Assembly: GCA_046483495.1 (NCBI GenBank)
Contig: JAWODC010000010.1
Location: forward strand, 1 to 16,008
DNA: 16,008 bases
From: Desulfobacterales bacterium
Lineage (GTDB): Bacteria; Desulfobacterota; Desulfobacteria; Desulfobacterales; UBA5616
Reading direction: 5' to 3'
The position numbers were made by a program, and so were the translations under genes. Of this stretch, positions 1-7,732 are shown piece by piece. Under the pieces are notes generated by a model. It ran no database searches and was not told the origin of the DNA. It was given only the letters and a program-made list of their open reading frames with translations. The first letter of the stretch is position 1. Each line of letters begins with the position of its first letter.

Positions 1-215
1 TTCAAGAATATGAACTCCCCCCGAGCGGCGGGGCTGATCCCCGCCCGCTCTACTCGAAAAAACCGGCATTGGAACAGGCATGAACCGGCGCAATATGACC
101 CCTTCCCCACTGGAGGGGGAAGGCCGGGATGGGGGGGATTAAGCCCCGATCCGCTGACGAGGACTTTTTTAGACACGGATTTCACGGATTGCACGGTTAA
201 AAAAAGCGGATCGGT
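1..215. repeat. Module A (REP-like hairpin plus G-rich segment) followed by a CACGGATT(T/G) module-B arm
   Basis: 25-154 matches 3081-3192, 8025-8154, 9774-9875 and 13741-13873; 151-200 matches 7801-7852. Confidence 0.9.
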
Positions 216-261
216 CCGGATTTTAGGAGCCAAACATCGTTTCGACCGTTTGATTCGATAT

Positions 262-360
262 AACGATCCCAACGATCCCAACGATCCCAACGATCCCAAC
301 GTTCCCAACGTTCCCAACGCTCTCAACGATCATAACGATCATAACGATCCTAACGTTCCA
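262..360. repeat. 9-bp tandem repeat AACGATCCC, 11 units (degenerating)
   Basis: Directly visible; the same unit occurs 4 times at 8499-8534. Confidence 0.95.
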
Positions 361-398
361 AAAAAAACTTTAAAAAAAGCACAAAATCAGCTATTCAA

Positions 399-440
399 TT
401 CACTGTTCACTGTTCACTGTTCACTGTTCACTGTTCACTG
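399..440. repeat. Heptamer tandem repeat (TTCACTG)x6
   Basis: Six perfect units. Related arrays at ~3197-3226, ~8159-8195, ~9880-9896, ~13877-13906, and inverted at 1883-1899 and 2949-2970. Confidence 0.95.
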
Positions 441-486
441 TTCTGCTCTATTCACCGATCACCAACCACTGAAACACCATGAACCC

Positions 487-1878
487 ATGAAACGCATCGT
501 AAAAACACGCATCACCCGCCTGTTCAGCCTCATTTGTTCACTGGTCATCCTGTGTGCACCTGCGGCCCAGGCGCTCGATGATCCGGGCCCGGCAAATTTT
601 CCTGCTGTCGCGGAATCGGCCGGCCTGTCGGTGGTGAAAATCAGGGCGGAAAAGAACGAAAAAGACCGTATCACGAAATATTATCCCGATCCTTATCGTC
701 AGCCGAACAGCCGATACGGCGGCAACCCCGGCGGGGAAAGCCTTGAAAACAGCGTTGCGTCGGGATTTTTTTTCGATACGGCCGGCCATATCGTCACCAA
801 TTACCACGTGGTGAATAACGCCGATCGTGTGACGGCGACACTTCACAATGGAGAGGCGTTCGACGCGGAAATCGTCGGCAGTGATCCGTTCACGGACCTT
901 GCACTCATCAGGATACCGCTCAAAGAGCCGGCACCGACGATCCCGCTGGGAAACTCCGATGATCTCCGGGTAGGGGAATGGGTGGCGGCCATCGGAAGCC
1001 CCTTCGGATTCGACTACACCATTACGGCGGGCATCGTCAGCGCGAAAGGACGGTTCGTTGGGTTGGAAGTGTTCGACGACTTCATACAGACCGACGCGCC
1101 CATCAATCCCGGAAGCAGCGGCGGCCCCCTCCTGAATGTCAAAGGGGAGGTGGTCGGCGTCAGTATGGCCGCCGTTGCGAACAGTTACGGAATCGGATTC
1201 GCCGTCCCGATCAACATGGCCGTGGATGTGCTGTCGCAGTTACGGGATGATGGTGAGGTGTCCCGGGCGTGGCTCGGCATCCTGGTTCAGGATTTGGATG
1301 AAGACCTGGTGAAATATCTAGGCCTGAAAAAAAGAAACGGTGTGATGGTAAGCGAGGTGTACGCGGATAATCCGGCCGACAAAGCCGGCATCGAACTGAT
1401 GGACATCATCCTGGAAATCGACGGCATGCCGGTGAAAAGCAAGGCGGATATGCCCCGTATCGTGTCTTCCATCGAGGCGGGCGGCCGCATCGACGTAAAG
1501 ATCCTTCGAAAAGGCCGTGTCGGCAATTGCCGGATGACGGCGGGGCGGCGGGAGGATGTCGACGTGCTGACCATGAGGCCTGCTAAGCGGATGTCCCAGA
1601 TGCTCGGCATTTCCGTGGGTGATATTGCCCCAAATCCTTCGGGTCCCTTTTCGCAACACAGAACAGGCGGTATTGTCGTCACGCGGGTGGCGCCCCTGGG
1701 AAAGGGAAAGGAAGCCGGCATTCTGGCCGGTGACATCATTAAAGAGGTGAACCGCTGTCCTGTAGAATCGGCGGACGAATTCAAACGGATGATCCGGAAA
1801 TTGACGGAAGGGGAGGGGATTCGGCTGTTGATTCGTCGTCGGGGGTTTGGGTATCTTTTGGCGAAGTTGGAGAAGTGA
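487..1878 (+). CDS. degP: DegP/DegQ (HtrA, Do) family periplasmic serine endoprotease with two PDZ domains
   Basis: ATG at 487 begins a signal peptide (MKRIVKTRITRLFSLICSLVILCAPAAQA). Trypsin-like triad motifs TNYHVV, TDLALI and IQTDAPINPGSSGGPLL are followed by two PDZ-like segments (AWLGILVQD...PADKAGI; MLGISVGD...EAGILAGDII). The ORF-track start at 10 runs through repeats and is not credible. DegP vs DegQ cannot be resolved. Confidence 0.9.
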   Translation: MKRIVKTRITRLFSLICSLVILCAPAAQALDDPGPANFPAVAESAGLSVVKIRAEKNEKDRITKYYPDPYRQPNSRYGGNPGGESLENSVASGFFFDTAGHIVTNYHVVNNADRVTATLHNGEAFDAEIVGSDPFTDLALIRIPLKEPAPTIPLGNSDDLRVGEWVAAIGSPFGFDYTITAGIVSAKGRFVGLEVFDDFIQTDAPINPGSSGGPLLNVKGEVVGVSMAAVANSYGIGFAVPINMAVDVLSQLRDDGEVSRAWLGILVQDLDEDLVKYLGLKKRNGVMVSEVYADNPADKAGIELMDIILEIDGMPVKSKADMPRIVSSIEAGGRIDVKILRKGRVGNCRMTAGRREDVDVLTMRPAKRMSQMLGISVGDIAPNPSGPFSQHRTGGIVVTRVAPLGKGKEAGILAGDIIKEVNRCPVESADEFKRMIRKLTEGEGIRLLIRRRGFGYLLAKLEK

Positions 1879-1882
1879 GCAG

Positions 1883-2030
1883 GAACGGTGAACAGTGAAG
1901 GGGCGGGGTTAATCCCCGCCCGCTCTACTCGAAAAAACCGGAATTGGAGAAAAACAGTAGCCGGTGTCTCAGTGGTTGAATCCACCGCCCACCGCCCACC
2001 GTCCACCGATAACCCATAACCCATAACCCG
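1883..2030. repeat. Intergenic mosaic: GAAC(G/A)GT heptamers, REP-like hairpin with partial module A, seven in-register heptamers
   Basis: GGGCGGGG-TTAAT-CCCCGCCC at 1901-1921; (CCACCGN)4(TAACCCR)3 at 1982-2030. Confidence 0.85.
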
Positions 2031-2048
2031 GCCTTTACTGAGGAACCC

Positions 2049-2909
2049 ATGAAAACCCTGATCATCTGCTTTTCCCAAACCGGAAACACCCAAACGATCG
2101 CCGAAAGCATTCAGGCCGGCATCACACGAAGCGGCCATGCATGCCGCATCGTTTCCATAAAGGATGCATCGCAGGCGGATATCGACGATTGCGACCTGAT
2201 CGGCATCGGCACGCCCACTTTCTACTACCGTGAACCCCTCAACGTGACCCGCTTCATCGAAGCACTGGAACCGTCGGCCGGCAAGCCGTGCTTTTTGTTC
2301 TGTACGCACGGCAGCATCATCGGCAATACCTTTGCCCATATGCAGCGGGGCTTGGCCCGAAAGGGGTACACGGTCGTCGATGCCTGGGACACCTATGCCG
2401 ACTCTTCGCTCCAGTTCTACCCGGAAGTTATGCACACCGCCGGGCATCCGGACGACAGAGAGCTCGCCGCCGCCGAACGCTTCGGCGAATCGATTTTTGA
2501 AAAATCACGGGCGGTTCTCGACGGCAGAGCGGATCCCCCGCCCGAACCGCCGCTGGACACCGAGAGCTGGTGGGCAAAGGATTCTCAAATGCTTACGCCC
2601 ACGTACTTGAGGCAAATTTTCCCTGTTTTCGAAATCGATCTTGAACGGTGCACCCGGTGCGGGCAGTGCGAAGAAAACTGCCCGGTGGACGCCATCGATG
2701 TCGATGCCGATCCGCCGGAAATCCAGAAGGAAGGCTGCATTTTTTGCCTGTATTGCGAAAAGCAGTGCCCCGAGGGGGCTGTCCTGGCTGACTGGACCAC
2801 CGTCGCTGAAATGATCCGGCCGAATCTTCGAAAATACGTGGGCGCGCTCCGGGAGGCGAGGGATGAGGGGGCTTTCCGGCCGTATGTGGATTTTGAGAAG
2901 ATTGTTTAG
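2049..2909 (+). CDS. Flavodoxin-fold protein fused to a 2x[4Fe-4S] ferredoxin domain (EFR1-type ferredoxin)
   Basis: N-terminal flavodoxin motif FSQTGNTQTIAE and DLIGIGTPTF; C-terminal CTRCGQCEENCP and CIFCLYCEKQCP; RBS GAGGA just upstream. Confidence 0.85.
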   Translation: MKTLIICFSQTGNTQTIAESIQAGITRSGHACRIVSIKDASQADIDDCDLIGIGTPTFYYREPLNVTRFIEALEPSAGKPCFLFCTHGSIIGNTFAHMQRGLARKGYTVVDAWDTYADSSLQFYPEVMHTAGHPDDRELAAAERFGESIFEKSRAVLDGRADPPPEPPLDTESWWAKDSQMLTPTYLRQIFPVFEIDLERCTRCGQCEENCPVDAIDVDADPPEIQKEGCIFCLYCEKQCPEGAVLADWTTVAEMIRPNLRKYVGALREARDEGAFRPYVDFEKIV

Positions 2910-3040
2910 TTGGTGTCGCTTTGCGGTTATCAGCCACAGACCCATTTTTGAACAGTGAACAGTGAACGGTTTGTGCGGATCGGCACTGTTGAATGGGTGG
3001 TTAGGTGGTTAGGTGGTTAAGTGATTAGGTGGGATCGCAT

Positions 3041-3339
3041 AATAGACGCTGTTCTTCTAATCATTCAAGAATATGAACTCCGCCCGCTCTACTCGAAAAA
3101 ACCAACATTGGAACAGACATGAACCGTCGCAACACGTCCCCTTCACCCCTGGAGGGGGAAGGCCGGGATGGGGGGATTAAGACCCGATCCGCCTAACTGT
3201 TCACTGTTAACCGTTCACTGTTCACTTTTTGACACGGATTACACGGATTACACGGTTAAAAACAGATGACCCCCACAATGATTTTTGAAACCGCGAAGAG
3301 CACGAAGCACATGAAGAAAAACTAAAAACAGCGTCTATT
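3041..3339. mobile_element. Putative MITE-like non-autonomous element containing module A and a partial module B
   Basis: Perfect 13-bp inverted repeat AATAGACGCTGTT (3041-3053) / AACAGCGTCTATT (3327-3339); no coding capacity. Confidence 0.45.
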
Positions 3340-3405
3340 CACGATTAACGATAAAGGCTCCATCCCACACCCATCACCCATCACCCCCAACCCGTTTTTC
3401 ACCCT

Positions 3406-4191
3406 TTATCCGGCTTGCAAAACAGCACTCAAAAACTGCCGGGTACGCTCATTTTGAGGATCGGTCAATATCTCATCCGGCTTGCCTTCTTCCGCAATGC
3501 GCCCCTCGTCGAAAAAACAGACCCGGTCGGCAAACTCCCGGGCAAACCCCATCTGATGGGTGACGATCAGCATGGTCAGCTCATGGTCGTCCCCGAGCCG
3601 GCGGATCACGTTGATGACCTCGCCGACGAGCTCCGGATCCAGTGCCGAGGTGACCTCGTCGAACAGCATGATCTTGGGCCGCATGGCAAGCGCACGGGCG
3701 ATCGCCACCCGCTGCTTCTGGCCGCCGGACAGCTGCGCAGGATAGTGGTGCAGCTTGTCGCCGAGTCCAACCATCTCAAGGAGCTGTTTGCCGCGCTCCT
3801 CGGCCTCGCTCTTTTTTATGCCCAGCACCGTCACCGGCGCCTGCATGCAGTTCTTCAGAGCGGTCATATGCGGGAAGAGATTGAAGTGCTGGAACACCAT
3901 TCCGATTTTTTGCCGCATTCGCCTGAGGTGGGCCCGGTCGGCCCGTACCTGCCTTCCGCGTTTTTCCATATGGGTCAGCGGCTCCCCGTCGACACGGATC
4001 ACGCCGCCGTCGATGCCTTCGAGCGTCATGAGCACCCGCAAAACGGTGGTTTTTCCCGATCCGGAGGGGCCGATGATCGCCACCTTTTCTTTTTCGGCGA
4101 CCACGAGATCGAGGCCGTCCAGTACGGTCAGCGCGCCGTAGCTCTTTGTCACCTTGTCAAAACGAATGATGGGGACTGCGGGTTTCTGCAT
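3406..4191 (-). CDS. ehuA: Ectoine/hydroxyectoine ABC transporter ATP-binding subunit (polar amino-acid ABC family)
   Basis: Walker A GPSGSGKT, signature LSGGQKQRVAIARAL, Walker B MLFDEVTSALD; TVLRVLMTLE is EhuA-like; abuts ehuD. Confidence 0.88.
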   Translation of the reverse strand: MQKPAVPIIRFDKVTKSYGALTVLDGLDLVVAEKEKVAIIGPSGSGKTTVLRVLMTLEGIDGGVIRVDGEPLTHMEKRGRQVRADRAHLRRMRQKIGMVFQHFNLFPHMTALKNCMQAPVTVLGIKKSEAEERGKQLLEMVGLGDKLHHYPAQLSGGQKQRVAIARALAMRPKIMLFDEVTSALDPELVGEVINVIRRLGDDHELTMLIVTHQMGFAREFADRVCFFDEGRIAEEGKPDEILTDPQNERTRQFLSAVLQAG

Positions 4192-4866
4192 CTATGAAAC
4201 GGCTCCTTTTCGCCGATTCAGCCGCCTTTCCAACCGGCGGACCAATGCCGCGGAAATCAAGCTGAAGACGAGGAAAAAAATGCCGACCAGGGTGATCGGC
4301 TCGGTGTATTGAAAGCTTTCGGATCCCAGGATCTTGGCGGTCTGCATCAACTCGAGAACGGCGATCGCGGACAGCAGCGGCGTCTCCTTGAACAGTGCAA
4401 CAAGGTAATTGCCCAATGCGGGGATGACCGGCGGAACGGCCTGCGGAATGATGATGTCCTTAAAGGTGACAAACGGTGACAGGTTCAACGCGACGGCGGC
4501 CTCCCATTGTCCCCTGGGGATGTTCTCCAGTCCCGCGCGGTAAACTTCCGCGCAGTAGGCGCTGTAGTGCAGTCCCAGCGCCAGGATGCCCGCCGTCATG
4601 GCTTTGAGGGAAAGGCCGAATTCGGGAAATACGTAATAAATGAAAAAGATCTGGATCAGCAGGGGAGTGGACCGCAGAAATTCGACGAACCCTCCCGCCG
4701 GGCGGCTGACCCACTCTATCGGCGACATTCGAAAAACGGCGACCAGCAGACCGATGACCGCTGCAAGGGCAAAACCGCTCAGGGTTACCTGCAGGGTAAC
4801 GAGGGACGCATCGGCCAGAACAGGGAGAATTTCGAACGTGTATTGCCAATCCCAATCGAACGTCAT
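4192..4866 (-). CDS. ehuD: Ectoine/hydroxyectoine ABC transporter permease
   Basis: Hydrophobic permease with FDWDWQYTFEILP, RSTPLLIQ and EAA loop AEVYRAGLENIPRGQWEAA; 1-nt overlap with ehuC. Confidence 0.85.
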   Translation of the reverse strand: MTFDWDWQYTFEILPVLADASLVTLQVTLSGFALAAVIGLLVAVFRMSPIEWVSRPAGGFVEFLRSTPLLIQIFFIYYVFPEFGLSLKAMTAGILALGLHYSAYCAEVYRAGLENIPRGQWEAAVALNLSPFVTFKDIIIPQAVPPVIPALGNYLVALFKETPLLSAIAVLELMQTAKILGSESFQYTEPITLVGIFFLVFSLISAALVRRLERRLNRRKGAVS

Positions 4867-5603
4867 CAGACGACCCTCCCGCGATGAAGACCCCTGCCGG
4901 CGTATCGTTCCAGGGCCCGCATACCGGCGGTCACCACCAGGGATATCGCCAGGTAGAACAGCAGGACGATCGTGAATATTTCAACCGTTCGAAGGGTGTT
5001 CTGATTCAGCTGCTGTGCTTTGAACGCCAAATCCGAAAGGCTGATCATGGAGACCAGGGCCGTTGCCTTGAGCAGTTCGATGAACAGGTTCCCCCATGGC
5101 GGAATCATCGCGACAACAGCCTGCGGCAGGATGACGCGGCGCAGGGCCTGCATTTTGGTGAAGTTCAGCGCCCGGCAGGCTTCCCACTGGCCGCGGTCCA
5201 CCGCATTGACGGCGCCCCGGATCACCTCGGCCCCGTAGGCGCCGATATTCAGCCCGAGTGCCAGGCAGGCGGCGGTGAACGGCGTAAGCAGGATGCCCAG
5301 CTGGGGAAGGACGAAAAAAAGCCAGAACAGCTGAACCAGCGCGGAAGTGCCCCGGAAAATCTCGATGTAGGCCGCTGCGGCCCAGCGCAGCGGCAGCGGG
5401 GCGTACATTTTCATCACGGCCGCCGAGAGTGCCGCTGCAAGGGCGATGACGCTGCTCGCGGCGGAGATCTGCAGCGTTATCCATGCGCCGCGGAGCAATT
5501 CGGGCAGAAATTCTCGAACCGGTGAGAATACGGCGATCCACAAGCCGGCCGCAGCACCGAAAATGAAGGTGACGGTTAAGCGGTTTCGGTTTTCAGAATT
5601 CAT
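4866..5603 (-). CDS. ehuC: Ectoine/hydroxyectoine ABC transporter permease
   Basis: YIEIFRGTSALVQLFWLFFVLP and GAYGAEVIRGAVNAVDRGQWEA motifs; lies between ehuB and ehuD. Confidence 0.85.
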   Translation of the reverse strand: MNSENRNRLTVTFIFGAAAGLWIAVFSPVREFLPELLRGAWITLQISAASSVIALAAALSAAVMKMYAPLPLRWAAAAYIEIFRGTSALVQLFWLFFVLPQLGILLTPFTAACLALGLNIGAYGAEVIRGAVNAVDRGQWEACRALNFTKMQALRRVILPQAVVAMIPPWGNLFIELLKATALVSMISLSDLAFKAQQLNQNTLRTVEIFTIVLLFYLAISLVVTAGMRALERYAGRGLHRGRVV

Positions 5604-5663
5604 GGTTGGTTTCTACAGGTTCAGATTAAACAACTCCCGGATTTGTTATTAGGCCGGTAAGTT

Positions 5664-6024
5664 AAATCCGAAATTCGAAATACGAAATACCCTGGCCCAG
5701 ACCGAACACCATTTATTTGTTTCTTGAGCCACGTTTGACTTTACAAAGCTATTTCTTATGAAACAAACTATGGTCGCACCAGGGCGGGCCGAAACAAATT
5801 CTAAATTCGAAATCATAAATCCTAAACAGCAATAGAATATCAACCTTTTTTTTAGTCTCACCACGAAGAGCACACGAAGAAAAACGCAAAAATAAGCGCT
5901 ACTCCATCTTCGTGCTCGTGGTTTTCATAAATACCCATCGGTTTCTGCACGCGTCAGGAAAAAATCACCTTTCGCCGCCCAAACGCCGCCCCGCTTTGAA
6001 TTTTGAATTTTGAATTTCGAATTT
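5664..6024. repeat. Mirror-arranged short tandem repeats in the ehuB-ehuC spacer
   Basis: AAAT(C/T/A)CG heptamers (5664-5690) versus TTTGAAT/TTCGAAT (5995-6024); ACCACGAAGAGCACACGAAG (~5860-5879) versus CTTCGTGCTCGTGGT (~5908-5922). Confidence 0.75.
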
Positions 6025-6038
6025 ATTTGCCCCAACAC

Positions 6039-6905
6039 CTACTCTCCCGCACAATGCTCGGCAGCCGTCTTTTCCGGAAGGTTCGATTCGTCAAACCCGA
6101 ACGGGGCAACCATTCCCAGGTGCTCCGGCGTTCCGATAAAATCGGCCAGCACCTCGTTGACGGCGTCCCGCAGACCGGTGTCCTCCTTGCGAAACCCGAA
6201 CGACCCTTCGCCGCGGTACGATTTGCCGTTGTGCCGAAACGTAAACGGCGGGGTCCGTTCGATATCATCATCTTTGGCGGCGACACTTTTTGCGGTCAGC
6301 GCCGTCAATGCCGCGGCAACGGTCCGTCCGGATTTAACCGAGGCCACGGCCGACGCGAAGTCGGGTACGATGACGCGGTTTTTCCGTTTGACCCCCGCCA
6401 TTTTCGCATAGCCGATTTCGGCGGTCCCGGCTACATAGGCCACCTTGACATTCTTTTCGGCCACGTCCTCGAAAGATCGAATACCCTCGGGATTGCCCGT
6501 CTTGACGATGAAGGCATCGCCGATGCCGTAGGTCGGGTTGGCGAAAAGGATTTGTTCGCAGCGTTTGGGCGTAATGTACATGGAGGCGACGATGGCGTCA
6601 AACCGTCCGGCCTTGAGGCCTGGAATCAGTGATCCCCATTCGGTGAGCACGCCGTCGACCTCCGAAACGCCCAGCTGCTTCATGACATAACGAAATACGG
6701 TGGGCGATTCACCGGTCAATTTGCCGTCGGACGTCGCATACGCATAGGGGTTTTCGTTGGCAAACCCGATGCGGATATACCCCTGCCGTTGGATCTTTTC
6801 CAAGGTGGTTTCGGCGCCGGCCTTTACGGCCGCCCCGAAAAGGACCATCATCACGGCCGTCGCTGCTGCCGTGACGCATTGCAGTCGATTGTTTTTTACA
6901 ACCAT
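6039..6905 (-). CDS. ehuB: Ectoine/hydroxyectoine ABC transporter substrate-binding protein
   Basis: Signal peptide followed by TLEKIQRQGYIRIGFANENPYAY...TGESP, EWGSLIPGLKAGRFD and MYITPKRC; RBS AAGGAGG (reverse complement of 6911-6917). Confidence 0.9.
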   Translation of the reverse strand: MVVKNNRLQCVTAAATAVMMVLFGAAVKAGAETTLEKIQRQGYIRIGFANENPYAYATSDGKLTGESPTVFRYVMKQLGVSEVDGVLTEWGSLIPGLKAGRFDAIVASMYITPKRCEQILFANPTYGIGDAFIVKTGNPEGIRSFEDVAEKNVKVAYVAGTAEIGYAKMAGVKRKNRVIVPDFASAVASVKSGRTVAAALTALTAKSVAAKDDDIERTPPFTFRHNGKSYRGEGSFGFRKEDTGLRDAVNEVLADFIGTPEHLGMVAPFGFDESNLPEKTAAEHCAGE

Positions 6906-7732
6906 TCATTCCTCCTTCTTATCACGCGGTAAACATAATTATTTATCATAATATGGATCATCCGATGCGTCAAACCGTTCGCCCGGCTTTCGGCCGCCGG
7001 CTATCCCTTATGACACATTCATATCTTTTGCCGGCATGGTAAAAAATAAAAATTAGCGCATAATTTACTGATAATGATTACTATCTTTAATATTTACCCC
7101 GAAAACACGTAATTAAAAACAATTTTGACTTGCAAAACCATATTTATCTGATATAAGAGCCGCTTGATCGGTTAAAAAAAGGAACGAAATCACCTGTCGG
7201 CGGCAGGGGGTGCATGCATTTTAATATGCTGTTTGAATGACTTGCAGTCGAAAGTAAGGCACATCGGGCGTTTCTATTCAAGGCTTTTTTTTATTGGAAA
7301 GACGCCCCTTTTTGTTTTAAAGGCGGTTTTCACGTGAGGGTACCATTTTCGCAAGTTTCACCTGTTTTGTTTTTGGTTTGGTCTCGTGTCAATCGGCAGC
7401 ACCATCCTCGGTCTTTGTCGAACAGCACGTTCGGAATTTCCCGAAACCGTGACACGGTTCCTGTCACCTGGGAAATTCACATTCGAAACCGCTGCCGTCG
7501 CTTATGACGCCGATGTAAATTCCTTGGCCTTCGAGCCGGACATTTTTTAAATCCGGCCCCGGATCTCTTGGACGGTAACATCCAACCCCGGAGGCGGCGC
7601 CCCCTTTTCAAAAACGCATCATGATGGCGTTTTGGGCTCTGATGAGCTGACCTAATATTTTGTTTTATCATATGGTTAGACTCGAAATTGGCTTGGAAGC
7701 CACGGGGCGGAGCTGTAAGTAAACGGTTAAAC

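Noticed and set aside
10..486. 159-aa N-terminal extension of the protease with NDP repeats
   Set aside because: It is a read-through of module A and the 9-bp and 7-bp tandem repeats. The signal peptide starts at ATG 487.
1105..1125. Inactive protease because the motif is PGSSGG rather than PGNSGG
   Set aside because: The catalytic Ser in SGG and the His and Asp motifs are intact; this single change does not support inactivity.
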